Assembly: GCA_963675515.1 (NCBI GenBank)
Contig: OY776328.1
Span: forward strand, 1,200,001-1,232,000
From: Coprobacillaceae bacterium
GTDB taxonomy: Bacteria; Bacillota_I; Bacilli_A; Erysipelotrichales; Coprobacillaceae
DNA length: 32,000 bases
Direction: 5' to 3'
Shown here: piece by piece, positions 8,345 through 18,195 of the stretch
How the letters are laid out: every line of letters begins with the position of its first letter
Position numbering within the stretch: position 1 is the stretch's first letter
Program-made: the position numbers and the translations under genes
The notes under the pieces: generated by a model
The model's input: only the letters and a program-made list of their open reading frames with translations
The model's database searches: none
What the model was told of the DNA's origin: nothing

Positions 8345-9539
8345 TGATCTAATCATTTGTGAAATGCGTTTTTTTGAATATGGCCAGCAGGCACCGGAAG
8401 GGTCAAGGTACAAAGGCACTGTAAATAGTGAATCGTTGGTTGGGTACATCGAATATACAGAGCGTGATGAGGCTAACGAAAGACATCAGGAGGACTCAAT
8501 ACATGATGGCGGATATTTAGGATATACCGACAAAGTAGAAAAGACGTTTAGTTCAAAAGGTTGGTTGAATAATGAGAATAATGGCGAGTTTAGAAAAGAG
8601 CTTTTAGACTCGTTTAAACAAGACGGTGATCTTTGGTGGGAGATCATTTTTTCATTGAAGGATTTTGATATTGCAAGTAAATATGGCTTGAACTCTGTTG
8701 ATGGTTACCAAGAATATATTCAGGCAAACATGGTAGGTGTTTTTAATAAAATGGGGTTGAAACCAAACAATATGATATGGTGGGCAAACTATCACAATGA
8801 CACTCAACACCCTCACGTTCATATCAATTTCATGGAAAAAGAAAAAACTAGGGCTCGAGGAAAACTTCAAGAAAAAAAAGAATTGAACAAGGTTAAAATG
8901 GAGTTTGCGAAAAACCTGGAAGATCGCCATGAGCTGGCCTCGGCCATCAAGGAAAATAACAAGCAACTTCTAAAGAACAAAGATATTCAATACAAGGCCT
9001 TGGTTGACACGGTCAATCGTGATGTGCTGTCAAAACCAGTTAAGGGGGTTGCTGATCTATATAAAATCTTACCCAATAACGGAAGGCTTCAATATGGTTC
9101 AGTTCATATGATACCGTATCGAAAGCAGATAGACGGAGTTGTTGACAATGTTCTCAACGACAAGCGAATCCAAGATCAGCTAAACAAATATTATAAATCC
9201 CTGGAAAAACTGGAATGGAACAGGAACAAATATTTTTCCACTGACGAAAGACAGGCGCAGGTGAGCAACATTGTTGCAGCGGAACAAGAACGGTTGAAAG
9301 AACGTATCGCAAATATGGTCTTGAAAAATTATAAGAAAAAAGTACCGGTAAGACGTGTAAGAGCAAAGTTAAACGATGGAAATTACAATACAAAAGACAA
9401 GCCTGTATTGAAAAAACAATTTGATGATAGACAGGCAAAAAAGACAACCAGACGTTATATCAGTCAGTGCTCGTTTCATATTCAAAAAGAGATGAGTGAG
9501 TGGGAGCGTAATAATGGAATAGACAATCGGATACAATGA
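8328..9539 (+). CDS. MOBP-type relaxase / mobilisation nuclease
   Basis: The histidine triad motif YHNDTQHPHVHINF matches the HxDxxxPHxH relaxase motif III. Candidate catalytic Tyr region is GYIEYTERDE. The C-terminal half is K/E-rich. Start is either ATG 8328 (after AAAGGA) or ATG 8310. Confidence 0.8.
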   Translation: MKKTDNDLIICEMRFFEYGQQAPEGSRYKGTVNSESLVGYIEYTERDEANERHQEDSIHDGGYLGYTDKVEKTFSSKGWLNNENNGEFRKELLDSFKQDGDLWWEIIFSLKDFDIASKYGLNSVDGYQEYIQANMVGVFNKMGLKPNNMIWWANYHNDTQHPHVHINFMEKEKTRARGKLQEKKELNKVKMEFAKNLEDRHELASAIKENNKQLLKNKDIQYKALVDTVNRDVLSKPVKGVADLYKILPNNGRLQYGSVHMIPYRKQIDGVVDNVLNDKRIQDQLNKYYKSLEKLEWNRNKYFSTDERQAQVSNIVAAEQERLKERIANMVLKNYKKKVPVRRVRAKLNDGNYNTKDKPVLKKQFDDRQAKKTTRRYISQCSFHIQKEMSEWERNNGIDNRIQ

Positions 9540-9681
9540 TCGACGTATTTAAATCCACTAGTATTTCTAAGCAATAAAAATATTGTGATACTACATAGTA
9601 GTTACGTTTCTATCTCATTTATAACAATAAGGTAACACATGTATAACATACTGATGTCATAAGTTTCCTAGAGTGTTTTAG

Positions 9682-9710
9682 TTTACAATGAATCATGTAT
9701 GTGTTATTAT
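9682..9710 (+). promoter_or_regulatory. putative sigma-A promoter of the adhesin gene
   Basis: TTTACA (9682-9687), 17-nt spacer, TATTAT (9705-9710). It sits ~50 nt upstream of the ATG 9763 RBS. Confidence 0.45.
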
Positions 9711-9762
9711 TTGTGCGCACTATTGGTTTGATAGACAAATGATAATAAAAGGGAGAATTTTT

Positions 9763-12700
9763 ATGCATAAGTTTAAAAAAAGACTCAAGTATATTTTCAC
9801 GTTTTTCTTGATTTCCGTGTTGGCGTTCAGCACGGTCAACTCAAGTTTATTTGTTGATGCCGAAACTGGTACTGACAAAACAGATGTATTGGAACCTGAA
9901 ATTATGCTACTTCAGGATAATGTTGAATTATCTGAAAGCGATGTGATTGATTCTACAAAAGATCTTGTAGTAAAAATTGATTTCAGTATACCGGTAATTG
10001 GTGATGAACCGTCCCCAACAAATCCGGTATTACAAGGTGATTACGCGTTTTTTGATTTGGGAAGTGATTTCAGCTTGCTAAATGAAGGCCTGCTAGAATT
10101 GACATACGGTGGCGTAAAGGTTGGTGAAGTAAATTTAGTAAATAATACTTCAACTAATCATGTTGAGGCTCAAGTTAATTTTAATGGTGATGTATCTGTC
10201 TATGACGGAACATATAATTCGGTTATAGCAGGTTTTAGCGCTACATTGCGCTATGATGGAAATGAACAGGGACCATCTGATGAAAACTACGATGTCACTA
10301 TTATAAACAAGACTTTTTCTGTAAATGTACCAGCGGCAGAAAAAACTTACAATTTGTCTAAGTCTGGTACTGTGGATCTTGATAATAAAGTTATCAATTG
10401 GACTATTAATGCGAGTGTTGAACAATTAAATCAATATATCTCATTGGAAGGTTATTCAATAGCTGATGATCTTTCGAATGTAGGAGAACTTGTAGAAAAT
10501 TCATTCAAGGTTAATGACGTTTTAGTGGCTAACAGCGTTAATGCTGCTGGGGTATTAAACTATATCTTCAGCAAGGATGACGGTGGACAAGCGGTAATTA
10601 CTTTTCAAACAAAGATAACAGATGAAGAATATTATTCTCAAACCACTCATACAAAAACAAATAGTGTTAATCTTAACGATACAGAGACTACAGTAGTAAA
10701 ATCAGCGACCAGTAGTGTATCATTTAAGCCACAGTGGATTACTAAATCCGGGTCATCTAGTGATGCAAACGTAGCTGTTTATGATCCGATAGGGCGCACA
10801 GTTACTTGGACTATTATTGCAAATGACAATGCAGTCAATCTCCAAAATGTAGTAATTAAGGATGCCTTAAGCACTGGACTTACTTTAAATACCGCAACTT
10901 GGTCAAAATGGGACAGCAGTTCATCTTCATGGATTAATACAACTGCAATCACACCTAATAGCAATGCAGAGTATGCATTAGGCAATATTGATACTAAAAT
11001 TATGTTAAGAATAGTTGCGAATGTTCCAGATCCGACTGGTTTAGGATTTGTAACAGGAGCAACAAATTACACAAATACGGCAACCATTTATTGGACCGGT
11101 AATGATTCAGGTATCACTTCTAATTCGGCAAGTGTAAATGTTGGATATAACGCGATCTCTAAAAGTGGGGTGGCTGATACAACTAACGGAACAGTAACTT
11201 GGACGGTCAATGTTAATACCAAGGGACAGGAAGTTCCGGATTTGAAAGTATATGACTTGCTGATTTTCGGTAGTCAAAATATTAATATGTCACAAGCAAC
11301 TGGCTTGCCTGCAGGAGTCAATTATAGTGACTTGACTCAAAGGACAAATCAAAGATATATTGAAGGAAGTCTTACTAGCAGTAGCGTAAACGTAATTGTG
11401 CACCCAATTTACATCAATGGAACACAAGTTGGAGAGCTCTTGGAATTTACTGGTTTATCAGTAACTGAGTCTAATTCTTACACCTTTAAAACACAGATTA
11501 CAAATCCGGATATTTATGCCGGAAATCGTTCTATAAATGTTTATAATACGGCATCACTATTTAGTGGCAATGAAAAATTGAATGCGGCAACAGGTAGGGT
11601 GACTTATACGAGTAGAATCCTTTCGAAAAGCTTAATCAATTTCAATTACCAAGATAATCTGTCTCAGGGGTTGTCTCATGTGACGACCGATGCTACTAAG
11701 GGGTTTAACTATTTGGATAAATCCATCGTTTATTATCTGGATGTTAATCGAAATGCAATGGATTTGACAAATATGCTTGATAGTAGTGGTACGTCTCTAG
11801 GCAATATCTCGGTAAGTGATATTTTGCCAGAAGGATGGACGTTCATTCCAGTGGTTGATGGGCAAATGTATCAACTCTACGAAGTGGATTCAAGCAATAA
11901 CTATACTTTAGTTAACGATTTATCATTTGTAACAAGTGATTTCACTAACCAACTAGGCCAAGCCACTTTTGATTTCTCGCAGCTGGACAAGCACTATGTG
12001 ATATTGGTTAAAGCTACAGCGGACGAAGATACTCTCAAAGAATATTTTGAAGGAACTGAAACAACAACCATTACAAATAATCTTACGTTAACAGCTACAA
12101 ACCACGTGTTCTCTCCTACGGTTACTGTTTCGCAAAATGTTCAAATTGTTAGTGACGTTTTGAGCAAGGATTATAATTTGCAGCAGGCTGGGGAGTTGGA
12201 GTGGATTGTAGATTATAAAACTTATAATCTTGACTTAAAAGGAATCAAAATTGAGGACACTTTACCACAAGGAATTGAATTGAAAAAGGATAGCAATGGG
12301 TCTTTGGTTATAGATGACAATATTGCTGCATACAAATTGATATTGAATGCTGATGGATCATATTCTCTTGGAGATCAAATTGTTTTGGTTGAAGGCGAGA
12401 ATGTATTGTATAACAGCACTGATCGAACTTTGACGTTTATGATTGAAGATTCAACCTGTTCTTATCGTTTTACTTATAAAACTGATATAACTGGAGATGC
12501 CGGAACAATATCAAATAGTGTCAAGCTCTATAGTGATAGTGAGCTAGAAGTCGATACACAAAAGGCATACTCGATAACTCAGCAAGATGAATATGCAAGT
12601 TTCCAAAAAAGCGGTTGGGTTGAAGTTACCAAAGTGAATCAAGATAATTCACCTCTAGCAGGAGTGGAATTCACCCTGTACACTACTGATGGAACAATTC

Positions 12701-14715
12701 TTCGCCAAGGATCAACTGACTCAAATGGTAAAATACGATTCAAGGTTTTACCAACTGGAGATTATACTCTCAAGGAAACATCAACAATTTCCGGTTATAG
12801 TGTCGAAGATATTGCTCACACCGTAAGTGTTGTAAAAGATGGTGATGCGACGGTTGCCTATATCGATGGTAAAACTGGTGCAAATTCGAATTTGTTGACG
12901 GTAAAAAATTATAGTGTTGACAATTACGGTTCACTTACACTTACAAAATATGTCACTGGCGATGGTGTAAACAGTGATCAAGACTTTGAATTTACAATTA
13001 AGTTAGACAATCAAAATGAATATGATTATTATTTGAATGATGTATACTCAGGAACATTGAGTTCTGGCGATAATGTTTCTTTAAAGGCTGGAGATGTTCT
13101 TAGCATTCCAGGGATCGAGCAGGGGACATCTTACGAAGTTACAGAGGCTGATTACAATGGGATCGGGTTAATGCACGAAAGTGAGAATGCAACAGGAACT
13201 ATTGTTGCCGGGCAAGTTGCTAATGTTGTTTATACAAATTCAAAAATTCCAACCGGGACACTCACCATTTCTAAAAATGTAACCGGAGTTCAAGGAGATC
13301 TTGAAAAAACATTTGATTTTACCATTAACTTTAAAGATTGTAACCGCACATTCGCATATACTGGTGATGGTGTAGCAGACGGTACAGTGACCAATGGATC
13401 ACAATTTTCTTTAGCCTCTGGTCAAAGCATTACAATAACAGATTTACCGGAAAATCTTGAGTATGAAGTCATTGAAAATGATTATACTAGTGATTTATAT
13501 ACAACAACAAGTAACAATGCTATAGGAGTAATAGTAGCTGATGAAAATATCGATGTTGTGTATACAAATTCAAGAATTCCAACCGGAACTCTCACAATTT
13601 CAAAAGATGTAACTGGAAACGGTGGAGACCTTGAAAAAACATTTGATTTCACTTTATACCTAAAGGATTGCACTGATACATTTGAATATATTGGTGAAGG
13701 TGTTGAAGATGGCACAATCAGTGACGGATCTCAATTTTCACTAGCTTCAGGTCAAAGTATCACAATATTGAATATACCTGAAAATCTTGAGTATGAGGTT
13801 GTGGAAAAAGATTATACTGATGATTTGTATAATACTACCAGTGAAAACGCGACCGGAAAAATCGTTGTAAATGAAAACATTGATGTAGCATACACAAATT
13901 CTAAGATCCAGGTTGGAACGCTGACAATATCAAAAGAAGTAATTGGTATTGGTGCTAATCTTGAAAAGCCGTTCGATTTCACTATTTATTTTAAAGATTG
14001 CACCCGTACATTTAAGTATAATGGGGATGGTATTGAAGATGGTATAATTAGAAATGGATCAGAATTTTCATTGGCGGCTGGACAAAGTATTACAATTTTA
14101 AATATCCCCGAAGACACGGAATATGAAGTTGTTGAGAAAGACTATACTGATGATTTGTATAAGTCATCAAGTGTAAATGCATCAGGTCTGATTGAAGCTG
14201 ATAATAACATAAATGTTGTCTATACAAACACAAAGATTCAAGTCGGTACATTAACAATTTCAAAAAAGGTAACTGGAAATCAAGGTGATTTGGAAAAGTT
14301 GTTTGATTTCACAATATACTTTGAAGACTGCAATCGTACATTTGAATTTACTGGTGATGGCGTTGAAGAAGGTACAATCAGTGACGGTTCTCACTTTTCG
14401 CTAGCATCAGGTCAAAGTATAACAATATTAGGAATACCAGAAGGTATTAAGTACGAAGTTGTGGAGAATGATTATTCTGGAGATGGATATACGACAACAA
14501 GTCTCAATTCATTTGGTGAGATAATTGGATTACAAAGCATTATCGTCGAATTTACCAATGATAATAATGTAGATGTTCAAGATGACTCTGCGAATGATCA
14601 ACAGGATACGGCATTATTGGATACAGGTGATAACAATAACAGTTTAGGCCTTAACATTTTATTATTGGTTAGCTCTATCTCAATTTTGTTTATATCTTTA
14701 AAAAAATACATTTAA
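9763..14715 (+). CDS. large cell-wall-anchored surface adhesin with Cna-B/SpaA-type and repeated pilin-isopeptide-type domains
   Basis: ATG 9763 follows AAAGGGAG. Signal peptide is KKRLKYIFTFFLISVLAFSTVNSSLFVDA. A SpaA/Cna-B-like domain reads GWVEVTKVNQDNSPLAGVEFTLY...GDYTLKETSTISGY. Five ~110-aa repeats run from G(T/S)LT(I/L)(S/T)K to Y(T)N. The C-terminal sorting-like signal is LLDTG + hydrophobic stretch + KKYI. Confidence 0.85.
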   Translation: MHKFKKRLKYIFTFFLISVLAFSTVNSSLFVDAETGTDKTDVLEPEIMLLQDNVELSESDVIDSTKDLVVKIDFSIPVIGDEPSPTNPVLQGDYAFFDLGSDFSLLNEGLLELTYGGVKVGEVNLVNNTSTNHVEAQVNFNGDVSVYDGTYNSVIAGFSATLRYDGNEQGPSDENYDVTIINKTFSVNVPAAEKTYNLSKSGTVDLDNKVINWTINASVEQLNQYISLEGYSIADDLSNVGELVENSFKVNDVLVANSVNAAGVLNYIFSKDDGGQAVITFQTKITDEEYYSQTTHTKTNSVNLNDTETTVVKSATSSVSFKPQWITKSGSSSDANVAVYDPIGRTVTWTIIANDNAVNLQNVVIKDALSTGLTLNTATWSKWDSSSSSWINTTAITPNSNAEYALGNIDTKIMLRIVANVPDPTGLGFVTGATNYTNTATIYWTGNDSGITSNSASVNVGYNAISKSGVADTTNGTVTWTVNVNTKGQEVPDLKVYDLLIFGSQNINMSQATGLPAGVNYSDLTQRTNQRYIEGSLTSSSVNVIVHPIYINGTQVGELLEFTGLSVTESNSYTFKTQITNPDIYAGNRSINVYNTASLFSGNEKLNAATGRVTYTSRILSKSLINFNYQDNLSQGLSHVTTDATKGFNYLDKSIVYYLDVNRNAMDLTNMLDSSGTSLGNISVSDILPEGWTFIPVVDGQMYQLYEVDSSNNYTLVNDLSFVTSDFTNQLGQATFDFSQLDKHYVILVKATADEDTLKEYFEGTETTTITNNLTLTATNHVFSPTVTVSQNVQIVSDVLSKDYNLQQAGELEWIVDYKTYNLDLKGIKIEDTLPQGIELKKDSNGSLVIDDNIAAYKLILNADGSYSLGDQIVLVEGENVLYNSTDRTLTFMIEDSTCSYRFTYKTDITGDAGTISNSVKLYSDSELEVDTQKAYSITQQDEYASFQKSGWVEVTKVNQDNSPLAGVEFTLYTTDGTILRQGSTDSNGKIRFKVLPTGDYTLKETSTISGYSVEDIAHTVSVVKDGDATVAYIDGKTGANSNLLTVKNYSVDNYGSLTLTKYVTGDGVNSDQDFEFTIKLDNQNEYDYYLNDVYSGTLSSGDNVSLKAGDVLSIPGIEQGTSYEVTEADYNGIGLMHESENATGTIVAGQVANVVYTNSKIPTGTLTISKNVTGVQGDLEKTFDFTINFKDCNRTFAYTGDGVADGTVTNGSQFSLASGQSITITDLPENLEYEVIENDYTSDLYTTTSNNAIGVIVADENIDVVYTNSRIPTGTLTISKDVTGNGGDLEKTFDFTLYLKDCTDTFEYIGEGVEDGTISDGSQFSLASGQSITILNIPENLEYEVVEKDYTDDLYNTTSENATGKIVVNENIDVAYTNSKIQVGTLTISKEVIGIGANLEKPFDFTIYFKDCTRTFKYNGDGIEDGIIRNGSEFSLAAGQSITILNIPEDTEYEVVEKDYTDDLYKSSSVNASGLIEADNNINVVYTNTKIQVGTLTISKKVTGNQGDLEKLFDFTIYFEDCNRTFEFTGDGVEEGTISDGSHFSLASGQSITILGIPEGIKYEVVENDYSGDGYTTTSLNSFGEIIGLQSIIVEFTNDNNVDVQDDSANDQQDTALLDTGDNNNSLGLNILLLVSSISILFISLKKYI
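12928..14574 (+). repeat. five in-frame tandem coding repeats (327, then 4 x 330 bp)
   Basis: Units start at 12928, 13255, 13585, 13915 and 14245. Each begins GG(T/G/A) (T/A)C(A/N) CT(C/T) AC... encoding G(S/T)LT(L/I)(T/S)K, and each ends ...(Y/F)TN. Confidence 0.9.
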
Positions 14716-14831
14716 GTTTAATTGACCATATGACCTAGGTATTTGTACTAATTACAAATTTCTAGGTCTCTTGTAATTTGATTAATACTATGAGAATCAA
14801 GAAGGGGTGATACTATTTTAGATAATTGATG

Positions 14832-14854
14832 GAAAGGACATTTTGTCCTTTTTT
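14832..14854 (+). terminator. rho-independent terminator downstream of the adhesin gene
   Basis: AAAGGACA-ttt-TGTCCTTT running into a T-tract. It is preceded by a longer imperfect hairpin at 14732-14768 (GACCTAGGTATTTGTA-ctaat-TACAAATTTCTAGGTC). Confidence 0.75.
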
Positions 14855-14946
14855 ATTACATACTATTAATAAGATAAATATTCTCTATTAATGCAATTAT
14901 ATGACAAAATTGAAATATAGTTACATTTATTTGTGTTGTTTGTGGG

Positions 14947-14964
14947 GGTGGCAATTTTGCCACC
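14947..14964. repeat. 18-bp palindrome GGTGGCAATTTTGCCACC, copy 3
   Basis: Perfect copy, 8 nt upstream of the AAAGGAG RBS of the coupling-protein gene. Confidence 0.9.
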
Positions 14965-14984
14965 ATTAAATGAAAGGAGCGAAA

Positions 14985-16805
14985 ATGAGAAAGATACTTA
15001 CTATTTTACTGGGTTTTATTTTGATTTTTGGTTTCGTTTATCTGGTTGGAATAAATATCGTCAACATCGTATATTACAAATTACTGAAGTGGACATTTGA
15101 TTTCCGATTGCTGTTTTTCAATAATCAAGGGCAGTACTTTTTTATTTTGACCCTGATTGCGTTGTTGCTTTGGAGCAATGTAATATATGCCCAACTATTC
15201 CGGGATAAAAAGGGCGGCAAGGGTAGATCGAAAAGAGATGATACCGAGGCAAGCCATATCGCCACGATTAAGGAAACCAAGAAATTTCTTACCTGCTTGA
15301 AGTTTGACAGTGAAAAACTTAAAGATGAATCAGCAGGTAAAAGAGCCGGATTGCCGATTGTCACTAAGAAAAACAAGGTATGGGTTAATGGTGGTGATGA
15401 ACACTCACTAGTGATAGGTACATCTGGTTCCGGGAAATCATGGTCTCTGGTGCTGGAATATATTGAACTGTGCCGGTTAACCGGTGAAAATATGGTGGTC
15501 AGTGATCCTAAGGGAGAACTCGCCTTAGCAACGAAAGACAAGCTTGAAAAGGACGGATATGATGTTATTATTCTTAACTTTGTCGAACCGGAATACAGCA
15601 ATGGTTGGAATCCTCTTGAGAAAGTAAAATTGGAATGGATAAAGGCCGAGGAAAAATTCAAGGCAACTAGCAATAAGAAAAAGCAATTTTGTCTTGACCA
15701 CGGCATTATCTTTTCTGATAGTGATGACCAGGGTATGAGAATGCGTCCTGATTACTCGAAAGCAATCGAACTGCTACGGGATATAGCGGATACGTTATGT
15801 TTGGATACCAATGTCAAAGATCCGTTTTGGAATGAATCGGCCCGGGATTTGATTGTAGGTGGGGCGTGTTTTCTGCTTGAAAATGAAGATACCAGAGATA
15901 GCTTTAATTTTCTGAATATCAAGAATGTGTTCGATATGGAAGTTGAAACCCTGGACAAAATCGTAAGAGAGAATCCGACCCGTTATTACAATACCTTGAA
16001 TAGCTTGGGTGCTTATCTCAAGGCGCCGGACAATACCAGGCAATCAATTTATTCAACGTTCAAAAACAAGATGGCGACGGTAACACTTAATGATGGGATA
16101 TCACGGATACTTGCAAACAATCATATCAATTTTGCCAAACTGAATGATACTAGGACAGCGATATTTTTGGTTATCCATGATGAAAAGAAAACCTACCATT
16201 CGTTGGCCACCATGTTTGTCAAGCAGACATATGAATCCCTGATTGAATTGGCCCGGAAGAACGAAAGTTTGAGATTGAAAATACCGATGAACTTCATTCT
16301 TGACGAGTTTGGCAATATGCCAAGACTTAAAGATGTTGATACCATGCTGACAGCTGCCAGATCAAGAGGAATCAGATTGACAATGATTGTACAGGACTTG
16401 CAACAGCTCAATGAAAAATATGGCAAGCAAACGGCTACGACAATCAAAGGAAATGTCATGTTGACCTGTTATTTATTGTCGGGAGCAAACGAAACATTGA
16501 AGGAGATTAGCGACCTTGCCGGGAAAAAATGGAACTTCAACAAGGATACCGATAAATGGGAACTGATACCGTGTTTCCCGGTTGACCGGTTGAAATACTT
16601 CCAACAGGGCGAGGCGCTTTTCCTGTTCCAAAGAAGATATCCTTACTATACCAAGCTACTGGGATATGATAAGTACCTGTTCTACGATTTGGAAGCTGCG
16701 AAAGGGTTCAAGTTGGTAAACAAGGAGAACGTCAAGGAATACCGGTTTAATGAGATTTACAAAATACCAAAACATAGGAGAAGCATAAATGCACAATCAA
16801 GATAA
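14985..16805 (+). CDS. VirD4/TraG-type type IV coupling protein
   Basis: Two N-terminal TM helices. Walker A is GTSGSGKS and Walker B is NFILDEFGN, followed by TMIVQDLQQL. ATG 14985 has better RBS spacing than ATG 14970. Confidence 0.85.
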   Translation: MRKILTILLGFILIFGFVYLVGINIVNIVYYKLLKWTFDFRLLFFNNQGQYFFILTLIALLLWSNVIYAQLFRDKKGGKGRSKRDDTEASHIATIKETKKFLTCLKFDSEKLKDESAGKRAGLPIVTKKNKVWVNGGDEHSLVIGTSGSGKSWSLVLEYIELCRLTGENMVVSDPKGELALATKDKLEKDGYDVIILNFVEPEYSNGWNPLEKVKLEWIKAEEKFKATSNKKKQFCLDHGIIFSDSDDQGMRMRPDYSKAIELLRDIADTLCLDTNVKDPFWNESARDLIVGGACFLLENEDTRDSFNFLNIKNVFDMEVETLDKIVRENPTRYYNTLNSLGAYLKAPDNTRQSIYSTFKNKMATVTLNDGISRILANNHINFAKLNDTRTAIFLVIHDEKKTYHSLATMFVKQTYESLIELARKNESLRLKIPMNFILDEFGNMPRLKDVDTMLTAARSRGIRLTMIVQDLQQLNEKYGKQTATTIKGNVMLTCYLLSGANETLKEISDLAGKKWNFNKDTDKWELIPCFPVDRLKYFQQGEALFLFQRRYPYYTKLLGYDKYLFYDLEAAKGFKLVNKENVKEYRFNEIYKIPKHRRSINAQSR

Positions 16806-18177
16806 TTACGATAATAATATTTACGAAATGTATGGCGTATCAAGAAAGATGGCTAATGATCTAAATATTGATGAATTAAATAACAATGTAGATGTAGCTG
16901 TTTTAAATAATCCGGCAGTTGATGTATCCGGACTATATGTGATTGAATCAATCTCTGGAAAACAACGAGAAAGAGTGATTATAAAAGATAGCTGTTTTTA
17001 TGGTGGTGGCTTAAGGAATTTCAAGAGCAAAGAAACGGTATTTGTGAACTGCATATTCTCTACTTGCGTTTTTGATGATGTCGAAACAGCAGACATAAAA
17101 TTCATTCTTTGTAAGTTTGAGGATACAAGGTTTTCCAACTCAAATCTGTTCCGGGCAAGCTTTATGAGATGTTCCGGGGTTAATGCCAAATTTACAAAGT
17201 GTAACCTGAACAATTCTCGGTGGATAGATACGCCAATGAGTGGTTTTGACATCAATCAAGGGGCCAATATCCTGTCTAGGTGTGATGTAAAGGAAATGTA
17301 TGTGTCGAGCGTTCAAAAAGATTTCACAGAACTGGAAGCCGAAGTAGTTACTGCTGGGTTCACAGCTGATGATCTTGAGCAAAACGTGGTCGAAAAGAAG
17401 ATATTCAAAGATACCACCATAAAGGTTCAGGACTTATTCAGGATATCGTTTGAGAAATGCGATTTTGAGTATGTTGAATTTCAAGATGATGTGAATGCGA
17501 CTGATCTATGGTGGACAAATAGATTACTTGGATTCAAAGATTGCAACTTTAATAACTGTACCTTTGCCAATGAGGGATATTTTAAAACTGATTTTGAAGA
17601 TTGCCTATTTTTTAATACCAAACTAAAATCCAACTTTGTCATGTGTCGGTTTAATAAAATCAAATTCGAGAAGGTATCGGTAAGTGAAACCTGTATATTC
17701 AATGACTCGATATTTATTGAATCAGACTTAGGTGATTGGGATTTCCTGAATCATAAGAAGGAAAACATGTACCAAGTGTCGATTGGTGTAAACCTTAACC
17801 AATATGCAAATGATAAGCAGTACCTGAATGAACTTGCCGTTGAAAATGAACAACTCTCTAAAGATTTGGAATTATTGGAAACTAAGATAGAGGAATTGGG
17901 GAATGAATCAGCAACAATAGAAGATAACAGTGGGTACGCCAAGAAGCTCATTGGCATCATTCTTAATGACTATCCTGAACTGCAAGCTGATTTCACTGTC
18001 AAAGAGGAAGTGATAAGGGAAACGGCAGTTGATGAAAGTAAGGTGATCACATTCTTAAGTGGCTTGAATGAAGTAGAGAGAATGAAATTGGTTACCCAAA
18101 CCTTTGTAGTAAATCATGGTGATGAATCAAACGCTGAAACAAACGACGATGAGGAAAATCAAGGGGAAAAGTTATAA
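16789..18177 (+). CDS. pentapeptide-repeat protein (two beta-helix blocks, coiled-coil, acidic tail)
   Basis: There is a strict 5-residue periodicity: NCIFS TCVFD DVETA DIKFI LCKFE DTRFS NSNLF RASFM RCSGV NAKFT KCNLN. A second block reads ...CDFEY VEFQD...NNCTF...DCLFF NTKLK.... The start overlaps the coupling-protein stop by 17 nt, and AGGAG lies upstream. Confidence 0.75.
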   Translation: MHNQDNYDNNIYEMYGVSRKMANDLNIDELNNNVDVAVLNNPAVDVSGLYVIESISGKQRERVIIKDSCFYGGGLRNFKSKETVFVNCIFSTCVFDDVETADIKFILCKFEDTRFSNSNLFRASFMRCSGVNAKFTKCNLNNSRWIDTPMSGFDINQGANILSRCDVKEMYVSSVQKDFTELEAEVVTAGFTADDLEQNVVEKKIFKDTTIKVQDLFRISFEKCDFEYVEFQDDVNATDLWWTNRLLGFKDCNFNNCTFANEGYFKTDFEDCLFFNTKLKSNFVMCRFNKIKFEKVSVSETCIFNDSIFIESDLGDWDFLNHKKENMYQVSIGVNLNQYANDKQYLNELAVENEQLSKDLELLETKIEELGNESATIEDNSGYAKKLIGIILNDYPELQADFTVKEEVIRETAVDESKVITFLSGLNEVERMKLVTQTFVVNHGDESNAETNDDEENQGEKL

Positions 18178-18195
18178 CTGGAAAGGAGTCATTAA

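Noticed and set aside
9688-9762. The upstream extension of the adhesin ORF (MNHVCVIICAHYWFDRQMIIKGRIF).
   Set aside because: The extension would bury the signal peptide and would start inside the predicted promoter. ATG 9763 has an AAAGGGAG RBS and a typical signal peptide.
12928-14574. Regularly spaced ~330-bp repeats, considered as a possible CRISPR-like or satellite array.
   Set aside because: The repeats are in-frame protein-domain repeats inside one long ORF. There is no short repeat/spacer structure, so this is not a CRISPR array.
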